From Candidatus Micrarchaeota archaeon (lineage in GTDB: Archaea > Micrarchaeota > Micrarchaeia > Norongarragalinales > SBBD01), in NCBI GenBank assembly GCA_018819225.1, contig JAHJQN010000008.1:64001-128000 (forward strand): a stretch of DNA of 64,000 nt. The letters run 5' to 3'. Position 1 is the first letter of the stretch; each line of letters opens with the position of its first letter. A program made the position numbers and the translations under genes. Shown piece after piece: positions 1 through 10,075 of the stretch. The notes beneath the pieces are model-generated. The model worked only from the letters and a program-made list of their open reading frames with translations, was not told the DNA's origin and did no database searches.

Positions 1-186
1 GTATAACAAAAAGGAAAAGCCCAACAACAACAGCAAATTCTGGTTCAGGAACCAAATGATTTGAAGGAACAACGGATGCGGAAACGAAGGCGCACGCCAG
101 TTGGCGATGGCCAGAAGAATCAAGAATACCAGTAACCCACCCAAACGTTCCAACGTAACCGATAACGCCGTGCGAGAATGAACCAT
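1..186 (-). CDS. Hypothetical membrane protein, partial (runs off window start)
   Basis: Manual translation from ATG at 186: MVHSRTALSVTLERLGGLLVFLILLAIANWRAPSFPHPLFLQIIWFLNQNLLLLLGFSFLLY, open to position 1, hydrophobic. Confidence 0.6.
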   Translation of the reverse strand, partial: MVHSRTALSVTLERLGGLLVFLILLAIANWRAPSFPHPLFLQIIWFLNQNLLLLLGFSFLLY

Positions 187-392
187 ATCCGCTGTCAATA
201 CCCGCATTCGATATCCAATATAAACGCTTGCTCCAAAATGCCAGGCAAAGCGATCACCCGGCAGCTCGAAAATCCATGGAGCAAATCAAGGATACGCTTC
301 AAACTTATTTTGGAAAAAAACCAGCAGGCGGTGTCTCGTACGAATAATCTCTAGAATGCAGGTTAATAAGAGATAGACGGTAAGCAGTTCTG

Positions 393-1112
393 GTGAAGCA
401 GTTGAATAGCTACGGAATCGCGATCATCATTGCGCTAACGATCATGCTCGTAGGATGCACGCAACAAAGCCCGCAGCCCAATCCCACTCTGCCCCTGACT
501 CCAACTTCTACCTTCGAACCAACGGAAGTTCCAACCATTGCCGCGACCATTGAACCGTCACCAACCGGACAGCCCACCGTAGCAGCAACCGAAACGCCGA
601 CGCCTACGAAAGCACCTACATCGACTCCAACGGAAACGCCGACGCCCACTCCCACTCTAAAAGGACCCGTACTCGAAGCCTTCGAATGCGACGGCTGCGA
701 TGAAGAAGAAGGCATTAACTTTAGCGCCAAAGGAGGAACGCCCACCGTACGCATCAACCTCACCAACCACGGCCCTGGAATGATTCGATCCATTACGTAC
801 GGATTCGTATGCTACAAAAACGAAAATATCCAGATCCCGTACTTCGCTCCGTCGATAAGCCATTGGGGAGCCGTCAGTCCAACGGAAGGAACGTTCATCG
901 TCGGATCCCTATCCATAGACGCAAAGCAATACACTCATCTTCAACACATCGACTTGAAAGAAGGGGATATTCTCCCCCTGTTCATCAAGCGTTTTCCAGG
1001 AGGAGTCAACAGACATTATGATTGCACGCTCTACATTACTAACCAAGTTAATTTTCTGAAAGATAAAATCAATCTCAACCAATCGTTCAGCATCGCGTTC
1101 AGCCCCCCGTAA
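393..1112 (+). CDS. Putative lipoprotein with Pro/Thr-rich linker
   Basis: Hydrophobic signal ending in lipobox LVGC, then PTPT repeats and a Cys-containing C-terminal domain. Confidence 0.7.
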   Translation: MKQLNSYGIAIIIALTIMLVGCTQQSPQPNPTLPLTPTSTFEPTEVPTIAATIEPSPTGQPTVAATETPTPTKAPTSTPTETPTPTPTLKGPVLEAFECDGCDEEEGINFSAKGGTPTVRINLTNHGPGMIRSITYGFVCYKNENIQIPYFAPSISHWGAVSPTEGTFIVGSLSIDAKQYTHLQHIDLKEGDILPLFIKRFPGGVNRHYDCTLYITNQVNFLKDKINLNQSFSIAFSPP

Positions 1113-1299
1113 ACCGTGAAATGCAGGTAGGATTGTTAAAACAGGTGAGTCGACGATATCGAATAGGAGGATACCGGGAATCACCTTATTCGTCGTCAGG
1201 AGAGTCCCTTCACAGAAAAAAGATGGTTGACTTGCGATCGGAAAACCGTATAGACATGCGTTAATAAGCGATTTAAGTGTTAAATTCAGGGCGGTTAAC

Positions 1300-1460
1300 A
1301 TGAAAAAAAGGGGAAAAATAAGGATGCAAGAAAAATCTTGATTCCAGCTGGATTGTTCGTGGGACTCGGCGTTGGATTATGGCCGGGTAACGTTGGCGCA
1401 TTCGCACTCATTGGATTCGGACTCGGATTTCTAGCGTCGTACATGTTATCAAAGAAATAA
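1300..1460 (+). pseudogene. Small Gly-rich 2-TM protein, apparently frameshifted in an A7/G4 run after the ATG
   Basis: ATG 1300 frame stops after 13 codons; the adjacent frame reads KNKDARKILIPAGLFVGLGVGLWPGNVGAFALIGFGLGFLASYMLSKK* to 1460; one extra A would join them. Confidence 0.45.
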
Positions 1461-1569
1461 CTGGCTTGAACAAGAAAAGCCGATGAATCGCGGCGAAAGA
1501 TTTAATGATTTGCGAAACGAATGAACATACCGAAACGGCTGCATCCGAATTTGCAGCATCATAAAAAAA

Positions 1570-2475
1570 CTACTTCATGTGCAGTTCTAAAATGTCTCGG
1601 TCATGCACGACGTAATCGCTGCTGACTTGTTGCCCAGGAAACTTCGCCGACCCCCATACTTTTGCATACTTCAAGTTCTGGTAAAACTCCTTGTGAATCT
1701 GTTTCGCCACGTCTTGAACCGTGGCCCCCCGACGGATCACGAACGGCTTGTTATTGTCGATTCCGCTCCGCGGAGACTTCGTAAAAATGCGGATCAAGTC
1801 CAGCTTCTGAACCAGCATTCTCTTAAACGGAAGCACCGACGAATGCGATAACGCGTCATAAGAGTAAAGCGAGGAATCTTGAAGCACTTCCGACTCCGGA
1901 GACAGCAAGGTTTTCTTGGATATCACGTACCACGCGTTCTCCGCATCACCGAAAAACGTCTTTTGCTGTTCCACCGACTGAAACGGATCAATGATCACGA
2001 GATTCAAATCGGCATTGCGTGCGAAACTCAAGAGTTTAGCGCGGTTGTTGTCCGTTGCCGAAGGCAAATCCAGTATCTGTAAGTCGATGCCTTCGAACAT
2101 GATCATGCCGGGAATCGCTTTCTGCGTCTCGAACGGGACGGGAGTTGACGGCGTCTTCAGGCTAGTCAATGCGTTGAACAAGGCCGTCTTGCCCGCGTTC
2201 GCGAAACCCAAGAGACAGATTTGAGCGGCGCCTTGCTTGCGAATGAAGTCGCCGTGCCCTTTCTTCGAAGCTTTCACGCGTTTTTCGACGAGTTGTTCTT
2301 TGCGAAGCTTGGAAAGCTTACCCTTAATTTCCAACAAAATGCTTTCCGACGACTTGTGTTTGGGGCACAAGCGCAGCATTTCCTGAAGGGCGATCAGCTT
2401 ATCCTCCGTCGTTTTAGCCTGGCGGTACTTCTCCTCCGCCGCGTAATACTCCGGACCGGCATTTAACGAAGCCAT
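1570..2475 (-). CDS. DRG/OBG-family GTP-binding protein with C-terminal TGS domain
   Basis: P-loop GFANAGKT, QILDLP, TGS-like GATVQDVAKQIHKEF...VWGSAKFPGQQV. Confidence 0.9.
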   Translation of the reverse strand: MASLNAGPEYYAAEEKYRQAKTTEDKLIALQEMLRLCPKHKSSESILLEIKGKLSKLRKEQLVEKRVKASKKGHGDFIRKQGAAQICLLGFANAGKTALFNALTSLKTPSTPVPFETQKAIPGMIMFEGIDLQILDLPSATDNNRAKLLSFARNADLNLVIIDPFQSVEQQKTFFGDAENAWYVISKKTLLSPESEVLQDSSLYSYDALSHSSVLPFKRMLVQKLDLIRIFTKSPRSGIDNNKPFVIRRGATVQDVAKQIHKEFYQNLKYAKVWGSAKFPGQQVSSDYVVHDRDILELHMK

Positions 2476-2491
2476 TCAAATACCTAATGCG

Positions 2492-2521
2492 TTTTGATCG
2501 ACCTTTTATAAAATAGGTCGG
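2492..2521. repeat. Short palindromic element (TTTTGATCGACCTTTT-N-AAATAGGTCGG), same family as the copies at 27.6-27.8 kb
   Basis: First 16 nt identical to 27673 and 27791 copies; forms CGACCT...AGGTCG hairpin. Confidence 0.75.
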
Positions 2522-2557
2522 CGTACCAATCCGGACCCGCGTTTAACGAAGCCGGTA
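2521..2557 (-). pseudogene. Relic duplicate of the 5' end of the DRG GTPase gene
   Basis: Minus strand reads VPASLNAGPDWYA versus MASLNAGPEYYA at the intact gene start. Confidence 0.7.
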
Positions 2558-2605
2558 CGTCAGTCAACCCCCCGAGAAAAGAAGGGAACGAATATTTTTA
2601 TTCGC

Positions 2606-3469
2606 TTATCCGACGGCTAGGAGAGCGGTCCCCGCGACCACGATAAGAATTCCGAGCCATTGATTGAATTCCAGGCGTTCGCGGAAGAAAAAGTAGCCCA
2701 ATGCAACGGCCACGAGCGGAAATGTCGCTGCCACGGGCATCACAAGTGAAGCCAAGTGCATGCGGACGCCGCTAACGTAACTGAAATTCGCGAGGCCGTA
2801 TAAAAACGAGGAAAGTACAACCAGTTTGAAAGGGGTTCCCGTCATGTCAACGCCTTTTTCGTTCCGGAACCAAAAAAACAAGGGAATCAAGCTGAACGAG
2901 TAGATTAGAAAAAGGGCTCCCAACGTACCGATTTGTTGGGACAACGGCTTGAGCAGGAATAGCGCGACGCCGTACGCCCCCGCAGAAAACAGGGAATGAA
3001 TGGCGCCTTGAACCGGTTTGGCGTGCGCACCAAATTTCTTAAAGTGCGAGTATTTCGTGGAAACGAGAACAACGCCTAAAATGATAAAGAAGACGAGGAG
3101 GCCTTGAAAGAAAGAAATGGATTCTCCCAAGAGAAAAACGGAGAGAATGACGACGAGAAGCGCATCCGACGCGTTAACGGGAACGACGATGGAAAGCGCG
3201 CCGGACTCCAATGCCTTGAAAAAGAAATAACTTCCCGCAGCCCATAACAATCCCGTGAACAAAGCGAGAACCGGGGGGTCATACGATGAGAGAACCACCT
3301 CGGCAGAGGAAAACAGGGCTACGGCAAAGAACGCGGCGAGAAAAAGATGGGTATAGAAGGCAACGGAACGAAAACTGATTTTTTGAAGAGCGCGCTTGCC
3401 GAAAAAATCCCCTAACCCCCAGAATAAGGCAGCGGCCAAACCGAAAGTGAGTTCCGGTATCATGAGCAT
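2606..3469 (-). CDS. EamA/DMT family transporter
   Basis: About 10 hydrophobic segments in two repeats; LLGESIS and FFRERL motifs. Confidence 0.9.
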   Translation of the reverse strand: MLMIPELTFGLAAALFWGLGDFFGKRALQKISFRSVAFYTHLFLAAFFAVALFSSAEVVLSSYDPPVLALFTGLLWAAGSYFFFKALESGALSIVVPVNASDALLVVILSVFLLGESISFFQGLLVFFIILGVVLVSTKYSHFKKFGAHAKPVQGAIHSLFSAGAYGVALFLLKPLSQQIGTLGALFLIYSFSLIPLFFWFRNEKGVDMTGTPFKLVVLSSFLYGLANFSYVSGVRMHLASLVMPVAATFPLVAVALGYFFFRERLEFNQWLGILIVVAGTALLAVG

Positions 3470-3475
3470 CCCAGA

Positions 3476-4105
3476 TTACTTGCGGCGCTCGGCTTTGATC
3501 GCCACGAGCTCCTCGAAGAAAAAGCGCTCGCGCGCGTGAATGCGAGGATGAAAACCTTGAGAGCGGAGCATGGAAAGCGTTTTCTCGTACTTCGCCAGCG
3601 AAGAATCCGTCATCAACAACACGCCGGTTTTGGAAAGATGGGTGGAAAATTGTTTGAGAAACGGATCCGTGAACTTGCGGCCGTCCGCACCCCCATCCCA
3701 GGCATGACCAATCGGACCATCCACGATCTCATCATGATTCGTCGGCAGGTACGGCGGATTGAAGCAGATGGTGTCAAACATTTGACCTTCCAAACTCGAA
3801 AACAGGTCGGTTTCAAGAAAATGAACGGGTTTCATTGGAAGAGCCAGCTCGTTCACGTTCACTTTCACGTTCTCCAATGCGTACTGATTGCGATCGGCGA
3901 AAACGACTTCCGATACGTCGGGACGGCGTAATGCGACCAAGCCCTGCAAACCGGATCCGCAACCCAAATCCAGAAAACGGCCTTTCGCAAAGCGCTTGAC
4001 CAGCATCGCCAAGAGAACGGAGTCGTCGCGCGGCGTATACACGTTCGGGTGAATCTTAAGCGTTAAGTCCTCAAACCGGAACTCGGAATGCGCGAGGTTG
4101 GTCAT
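3476..4105 (-). CDS. HemK2/PrmC-like SAM-dependent methyltransferase
   Basis: VYTPRDDS, LDLGCGSG, FNPPYLP, WDGGADGR motifs. Confidence 0.9.
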   Translation of the reverse strand: MTNLAHSEFRFEDLTLKIHPNVYTPRDDSVLLAMLVKRFAKGRFLDLGCGSGLQGLVALRRPDVSEVVFADRNQYALENVKVNVNELALPMKPVHFLETDLFSSLEGQMFDTICFNPPYLPTNHDEIVDGPIGHAWDGGADGRKFTDPFLKQFSTHLSKTGVLLMTDSSLAKYEKTLSMLRSQGFHPRIHARERFFFEELVAIKAERRK

Positions 4106-4628
4106 AGTAATACCACAGGATGTAATAGGTAACAAGGAAAAGTACTAAAGACAATCGGAAGAGCACGTCATGGAATAAGATGGAGGCGGTAAGCTGATTG
4201 TTCGCGAAAAAGTGAACCGTTAACGCGATGCGGAACGCGTTAAAAATAAAAATGGCGAGAAGGCCTGCAAGAAAACCTTTAACGCGATAGGAGAGAGATT
4301 TCTCAAACGTGGCCATCAGGATACCAAGCAATACGGCAATTTCCACTTTCGCAGCACATAAGTCAATGATCTCGACCATGAAAGTCGACATACCGATTAT
4401 CGGATACGGATTTGAAGGAAGAACGTGAGCGGGTAGATGGAATACCGTGGAAAGCAAGAACGCGGAAGAATACGCCGCGATTAAATTCAACAACGAAAGG
4501 TTTTGAAGCAAAAGAAATGCGGGAATGGAGAGGACTAAGAACAACGCAATGAATTTAAAGGCGTCTTGCAAAGGATTATTTCTCTGTTTGCGCGCCTTCC
4601 TTTGTTTACGGGAAGCCTGCGAAGCCAT
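4071..4628 (-). CDS. Archaeosortase/exosortase family protein
   Basis: Multi-TM with Cys (EIIDLCAA), Arg (FNAFRI) and His (LFHDVLF) in exosortase-like order. Confidence 0.7.
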   Translation of the reverse strand: MASQASRKQRKARKQRNNPLQDAFKFIALFLVLSIPAFLLLQNLSLLNLIAAYSSAFLLSTVFHLPAHVLPSNPYPIIGMSTFMVEIIDLCAAKVEIAVLLGILMATFEKSLSYRVKGFLAGLLAIFIFNAFRIALTVHFFANNQLTASILFHDVLFRLSLVLFLVTYYILWYYYDQPRAFRVPV

Positions 4629-4732
4629 GAAACATAAACCCGATCGATAAGGGGGATATGGAGGCATAAAGGAAGGAATGACTTAAATACGCGCGCGTTG
4701 TACGGAAGGCACTAGATCAGGCACGAGATAAA

Positions 4733-6112
4733 ATGAAGAAGAAAAAGAAAAGCGAAGGATTCGACTGGAGCAAGCGAAAACGCTTATCTGGAAGTGAAAA
4801 AGTGCGGTTAGGCCTGTTCGTTGTACTTGCGCTCGCTGCATTCTTCTATTTGGCGACATCCACATTCAATAATTGGATCAAAGCAGGAAGCATCATCGTA
4901 TTGCTGAGCGGCTCCGGCATGATCATCCAGCGGCTGGCGCGCATCGAAGGATACTATGGGCTGTTAATATTGCGCGGAACCCGCGGATTCGGGGCCATGG
5001 AATACTTCTCCAAACATTTCGGGAAAACGGCCAGAGACTTGGCGGATTTTGGATTGAGCCTGAGCTTCGGAGCCCTATACTCTTACTGGTTATTTGGACG
5101 CACGAGTAAGAAAAAGTTTTTCGCCCACCTCATTGCGCTCGGAGCGTTCTTTTTGATACTGCAAACCGGGATCGCGCTTCAATTCGGTGAAATCGCTCCG
5201 GCCGTGTTCCTCCTCAATATGTCATTCGGACTACTCGCGCTTGGAACCCAAAGCCTCCTTTTTCAAGGCGCGCGCATTCTGACCTCGCCCGAATCTGCGG
5301 CGGGGGTCACATTAATTGTACCCGGCGTCACCGTGCCATGGGAAGGCATCATCGCGATCATTATCGCGGCCGGAGTTCACGAAATCGCCCACGGCATTTT
5401 ATGCCGCGTCGAGAAACTGGAAGTCAAGAACTCGGGAGCGATATTCCTGGGCGTGCTACCCATTGGAGCGTTCGTTGAACCCAACGAAGAAAAAATGAAG
5501 CGCATTGATGTGCATAAGAAACGACGCATTCTGGTAGCGGGAACCACGAGCAATTTTTTCCTGTTCCTCATCTTCACGTTGCTGACCCAAATCGTGGCAT
5601 TCGGACTTATTGGAATGACCAATCACATTCAAGTCGTAGGAGTCGCTGAAGAAGGAAGTGCGTTCGGCATCCTGGAAGAAAACGAAGTGATTGTCGCCAT
5701 CCAAGGGATACCCGTAAAAAGCTCGAACGAACTCGTTAATGAAGTACAGAAATTTGAAGCCGGCGCATTCGTACCATTAACCACGAACCTAGGAGAAAAA
5801 CACGTCCGGTTAATGGAAGGAAAGAAGATGGGCATCTTTCTGCAGGACGCGCCCTCACCCTCCAACGCGTTCGTGTTCGGCTTGCTCATGTTCGTATTCA
5901 TCGTATTCAATTTAACGGCGCTCATCAACTTCGCTCTCGCCGTAATCAACATCCTTCCCATCTTTCTCACCGACGGATATCGCATGGTATATGAAGAATC
6001 GCGCATCGCGTTCCCCAGCCCGGGTGACCAGAAAGCCCAGCGAATTGCCGTAGCCGTCGGAATCATTTCCGTATTGCTGCTGCTCATCAACTTCATTCCC
6101 TCGTTTCGATAG
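4733..6112 (+). CDS. Site-2 protease (M50) with PDZ-like insert
   Basis: HEIAH zinc motif, GAFVEP, NILPIFLTDG. Confidence 0.9.
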   Translation: MKKKKKSEGFDWSKRKRLSGSEKVRLGLFVVLALAAFFYLATSTFNNWIKAGSIIVLLSGSGMIIQRLARIEGYYGLLILRGTRGFGAMEYFSKHFGKTARDLADFGLSLSFGALYSYWLFGRTSKKKFFAHLIALGAFFLILQTGIALQFGEIAPAVFLLNMSFGLLALGTQSLLFQGARILTSPESAAGVTLIVPGVTVPWEGIIAIIIAAGVHEIAHGILCRVEKLEVKNSGAIFLGVLPIGAFVEPNEEKMKRIDVHKKRRILVAGTTSNFFLFLIFTLLTQIVAFGLIGMTNHIQVVGVAEEGSAFGILEENEVIVAIQGIPVKSSNELVNEVQKFEAGAFVPLTTNLGEKHVRLMEGKKMGIFLQDAPSPSNAFVFGLLMFVFIVFNLTALINFALAVINILPIFLTDGYRMVYEESRIAFPSPGDQKAQRIAVAVGIISVLLLLINFIPSFR

Positions 6113-6305
6113 AACAGGTGATAGGAAATGAAATTCGTTCACCAACACGTCAACAAAGTTTACCGGAAAAACCGAAACCGCTTGCGACAGCGAATGAGTC
6201 CAAAACAGCGCGAAGCATTCCTGAGAAAAGTGATCCGGGAAGCCGTGCGGGAAGGGATCCACCACGGAACCACCACGACCATAAAAAAACGGAAGACGTC
6301 CTGAA

Positions 6306-7307
6306 TCAAGCGAACTCGAGCAGAGACTGAGCCGGACGATTATGAAGCTCGGCCGCCGGAATCGCATGGAATCCCCTTCGTTTCAGCTGGCGCGCGAAAC
6401 GCGCGTTGTATCCGTGCATGCACACGATACGACGAGGATGCGCGCGCTCCACGTAATCGACCAATTCCTTGAAATCCGCGTGATCCGACAGACAAAACGA
6501 GGCATGCGCATTCGGAGTCATGCCCACCAAATCCCAACCGGACGCGACCGCGCATTTTACCTTTCGACGGTATAAATTGGAAAGGGAAGAAGCCAGTGAA
6601 AGGTTAACGGACTGATACGGAAAAACGGCCACGAATTGTTTCTTGAGCATGGACGCGCCCTCCAACGAGTTTTCACTCAACGCATGCAAGGTCACGCCAT
6701 GTCGGGTATACACTTGATTGACCGCGTGAATCGTTGAATCAACCACTGGAACCGTATCCAGGTACTCGTTAACGAATGCCACGAGTTCCTGCGCCTTACC
6801 CAAAGAATAGCCCCCAAAAACGAGTGAATGACCTTGCCGCAACTCCGATTTCGCCCAAGAGGCCATCTTCTCGCATACGTCTCGAAAATCCGGAAAATCG
6901 TATTGAGGCAACCCGTACGTGCATTCAATGGCCAGCGTATCCACCTCGCGAACCTCCGCCGCCTTGTTCGTCAAAGAGTCCCGGAGCTTGAAATCCCCCG
7001 TATACGTGAACGAGAATCCGTCCGACAAATGCAATTGCGTGGAGCCGAGAATATGGCCCGCATTCAATAATTCCATTTTAAGATCCGATGGAAACCGTTT
7101 TTTCAAGTGAATATCGGGTTTCGCGTACTTGCGAACTCGAAGTAAATCAAAGGTGGCATCCGAAGCAATCAAACCCTTTGCCGAACGAACGCCTGAAACG
7201 TGATCCGAGTGAGCGTGAGAGCAGAAACCGAGTTCGCCGCGGCAGTCCAATGCGATTTGATGAATGCCAGCGTGCACATAGACCTTTTTTTGTGAAGCAG
7301 TGAGCAT
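6306..7307 (-). CDS. MBL-fold beta-CASP-like nuclease
   Basis: SHAHSDH, AGHILGS, YTGD, ECTYG, YSLGKAQE, LSDHAD, MHG. Confidence 0.88.
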   Translation of the reverse strand: MLTASQKKVYVHAGIHQIALDCRGELGFCSHAHSDHVSGVRSAKGLIASDATFDLLRVRKYAKPDIHLKKRFPSDLKMELLNAGHILGSTQLHLSDGFSFTYTGDFKLRDSLTNKAAEVREVDTLAIECTYGLPQYDFPDFRDVCEKMASWAKSELRQGHSLVFGGYSLGKAQELVAFVNEYLDTVPVVDSTIHAVNQVYTRHGVTLHALSENSLEGASMLKKQFVAVFPYQSVNLSLASSLSNLYRRKVKCAVASGWDLVGMTPNAHASFCLSDHADFKELVDYVERAHPRRIVCMHGYNARFARQLKRRGFHAIPAAELHNRPAQSLLEFA

Positions 7308-7421
7308 GACAGCAATACGGCAAACGCATTAAAAAACGGAAGCAAGCGCCGTTCCAGTGAATAAGCGTTTCAAATCCATAAAATCGTTCAGCTTAAAAAG
7401 CTGTAAAGTGTTTCTCAAGAC

Positions 7422-8315
7422 ATGGTCATTGAGTCGATGGTGAGTCCATTGAAAGCGGAAAAGAACCCGCCGGCCATCATGTTGCTGGGATTCACCTTCG
7501 TAACGCTCGCCGTATGGCTTGCGACCGCCGTACTGGAAATCGAGCCGAAAAGCATGATGATGCTGGTATTCGTCGTCATTCCGAGTATTCCGTTCATATT
7601 AAAATTGTTTGAATCCGATGAAATGGCACTCGAAGAAGGACGCGTGCTCGGAAGCCGAACGCTTGCCAAACACTTTTCAGTGATTTTGGTCCTCATCGCA
7701 TACTTCCTTGGAATGACCATTGGATTCACGTTCTGGTACGTGTATTTGCCGGAGGAATTAGCTCATGATGTCTTCTCGATTCAAATTGAGGAACTCAAAG
7801 GCATCAAAGCCATTGGCGCCAACTTGAGCGGGGCGTTCTTGTTCACGCTTACGGGATTAACGCAAAGCGCAGAAACCGGAGCGGCTACCAGTGAAAAATT
7901 CGCCCCCACATTCGAAATCATATTCCTGCATAATTTATGGGTGTTATTTCTTATCATCGCATTTTCGGTGATATACGGTGCAGGGTCCGTATTTATCCTG
8001 GTCTGGAACGCAAGCGTTGTCGGCGTATTCCTAGCGAATTTCGCGCGACAATTCGTATTTCACGAAAGCACGTATACGCTCGCGTCCGGCGTCGGCGTCG
8101 GATTACTTGGATTGATTCCGCACGGATCGTTCGAGTTGTTGAGCTATTTGATCGGCGCGATGGCTGGAGGCGTGTTAAGCGCGGCTATCGTCCGCGGAAG
8201 GTTTTCGCAAGGACGCTTCTGGGAAATCATGCGAGACGTTGCCAAAATGATGGCGTGGGCCATCGTCCTACTCGCATTGGGCGCGTTAGTCGAAAGCGGT
8301 GCCATCGTTTTCTGA
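7422..8315 (+). CDS. SpoIIM/DUF95 family membrane protein
   Basis: IFLHN and LIPHGSFE motifs, multi-TM. Confidence 0.8.
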   Translation: MVIESMVSPLKAEKNPPAIMLLGFTFVTLAVWLATAVLEIEPKSMMMLVFVVIPSIPFILKLFESDEMALEEGRVLGSRTLAKHFSVILVLIAYFLGMTIGFTFWYVYLPEELAHDVFSIQIEELKGIKAIGANLSGAFLFTLTGLTQSAETGAATSEKFAPTFEIIFLHNLWVLFLIIAFSVIYGAGSVFILVWNASVVGVFLANFARQFVFHESTYTLASGVGVGLLGLIPHGSFELLSYLIGAMAGGVLSAAIVRGRFSQGRFWEIMRDVAKMMAWAIVLLALGALVESGAIVF

Positions 8316-8398
8316 AAACGAAGTTGGAAAAAATAAAAGAAGGCTTTAAAAGGGCGATATCCCAAAGTGTTTGCCAGTCTCATGTTGGTGGCTCGTTC

Positions 8399-9082
8399 AT
8401 GGCATTGAAAAGTCTTGCGATCATTCCGGATGGGAACCGCCGTTTTGCAAAATCAAATCGTTTCGGTTACCGGAAGGCTTATGCGAAAGGATTCGAGAAA
8501 GTCGAAGAGTTGCTGGAATGGGCCGAGCCTACGAAAATCGAGCGCATCGGGTTCTGGGCGCTCTCCCTCGAAAACTACCAGCAACGCAGCCAACGGGAAC
8601 TCACCATCCTGTTCTCCTTAATGAAACGGCACTTGCGCAAGGCGATCGCCGATAAGAAATACAAGAAAAAAGGCGTGCGCGTCGAGTTCTTCGGAAAACT
8701 CGAGTTATTGCCGAAACACTTGCGCCAATTAATGAAAGAGCTTGAGCATCAAACGCAAAACGGAAAACGCGTGTTAAGCATCGCCGTCGCGTACTCGGGA
8801 CGAGAAGAACTTTTACGAGCCGCCAAACTCATTGCCGTCCATTTTGGCGATAGAGCCGGACAAGCGAAAGAAAGCGATTTCACGAAATACTTGTATATGC
8901 AGCATTCACCCGACTTGATCATTCGCACCGGAGACGTGTCGCGGTTAAGCGGATTCATGCCGTGGCAAACCGCGTACTCCGAACTCTATTTCTCGAAAAA
9001 ATTGTGGCCGTCGTTCACCAAAGACGATTTTCGGGATGCGATGGCGTTCTTCGACGAAACCCAACGACGCTTCGGACGTTGA
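8399..9082 (+). CDS. uppS: Cis-prenyltransferase (undecaprenyl diphosphate synthase)
   Basis: IIPDGNRR, SLEN..R, YSGREE, PDLIIRTG, RLSGF, RRFG; start trimmed from the track ORF. Confidence 0.95.
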   Translation: MALKSLAIIPDGNRRFAKSNRFGYRKAYAKGFEKVEELLEWAEPTKIERIGFWALSLENYQQRSQRELTILFSLMKRHLRKAIADKKYKKKGVRVEFFGKLELLPKHLRQLMKELEHQTQNGKRVLSIAVAYSGREELLRAAKLIAVHFGDRAGQAKESDFTKYLYMQHSPDLIIRTGDVSRLSGFMPWQTAYSELYFSKKLWPSFTKDDFRDAMAFFDETQRRFGR

Positions 9083-9127
9083 ACGACTGATCGTCAACGT
9101 CGTTATTCAATGGATAGAGGGAACGGC

Positions 9128-10033
9128 ATGGAACCACCCGAAGAAAAAAGCGAGGAAGAGTTTCTGAAAACGTACAAAAAAGTCAGCCGTATTGGAAAGC
9201 AAGTCAAGAAGTATGCCCAAGAACAATGCGAAAAAGAGAGCTCGCTCCTTAAACTCGCGGAACTCGTGGAAAAAAAGACGATCGAATTGGGAGCGAACCC
9301 CGCTTTTCCAGCGAACTTGTCACGAGACGAACAAGCCGCCCATTACACGCCGACGGCCAACGACGATGCGACTTCCGAAACATCCGTGCTCAAAATCGAT
9401 TTGGGCGCGCACATCGACGGATTAGCCGTTGATTTTGCGTTCACGAAGGATTTCGGCGGAGAACACGGAAAACTCGTTGAGGCGGCCGACGAAGCCCTCC
9501 AAAACGCGTTATCCGTCATGAAAGCAGGAGCGACGAATCGCGACGTCGGAAAAGAAATCGAGCGAACCATTAAAGCGAAAGGATTCAAGCCCATCGAAAA
9601 CTTGTGCGGGCACTCGATCGACGTATACGACTTGCATGCCGGCGAAGAAGTCCCCAACGTGGAACGTGGAGGGTATACATTCAAGGAAGGCGATGTTTTC
9701 GCGGTCGAGCCGTTCGCGAGCACCGGCGCCGGACGCATTACCGAAGGAGATTTCCTGCAGATCTATCAACTCATTCCATCGACCGGAATGAAAATACGAT
9801 TACCGAGAAGCCGCGAACTGTTATCCAAAGTGTTGGCAGACCGGTTGACGCTGCCATTTGCACTGCGTTGGTATAAGGAGATGCCCATGTTGAATCTAAC
9901 GATACGGGATCTCGACAAAAACGGGGTTCTGGAAGCGTTTCCAGTACTCAAGGAAATCGAGAAGAATGCGTTCATCGCACAAGCCGAAACAACGGTACGC
10001 ATTGAAAAAGACGGAGTCGACGTGCTCGTGTGA
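9128..10033 (+). CDS. map: Methionine aminopeptidase type II
   Basis: AFP.N, AAHYTP, KIDLGAHIDG, LCGHSI, AVEPF, AQAETTV. Confidence 0.95.
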   Translation: MEPPEEKSEEEFLKTYKKVSRIGKQVKKYAQEQCEKESSLLKLAELVEKKTIELGANPAFPANLSRDEQAAHYTPTANDDATSETSVLKIDLGAHIDGLAVDFAFTKDFGGEHGKLVEAADEALQNALSVMKAGATNRDVGKEIERTIKAKGFKPIENLCGHSIDVYDLHAGEEVPNVERGGYTFKEGDVFAVEPFASTGAGRITEGDFLQIYQLIPSTGMKIRLPRSRELLSKVLADRLTLPFALRWYKEMPMLNLTIRDLDKNGVLEAFPVLKEIEKNAFIAQAETTVRIEKDGVDVLV

Positions 10034-10075
10034 AAAGGGGAAAACGTAATATATTCAGTTATTCTGGAATAGCGT

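Noticed and set aside
7937-8398. Long N-terminal extension of uppS (381-aa ORF)
   Set aside because: Overlaps the SpoIIM gene in another frame; UppS motifs begin right after ATG 8399.
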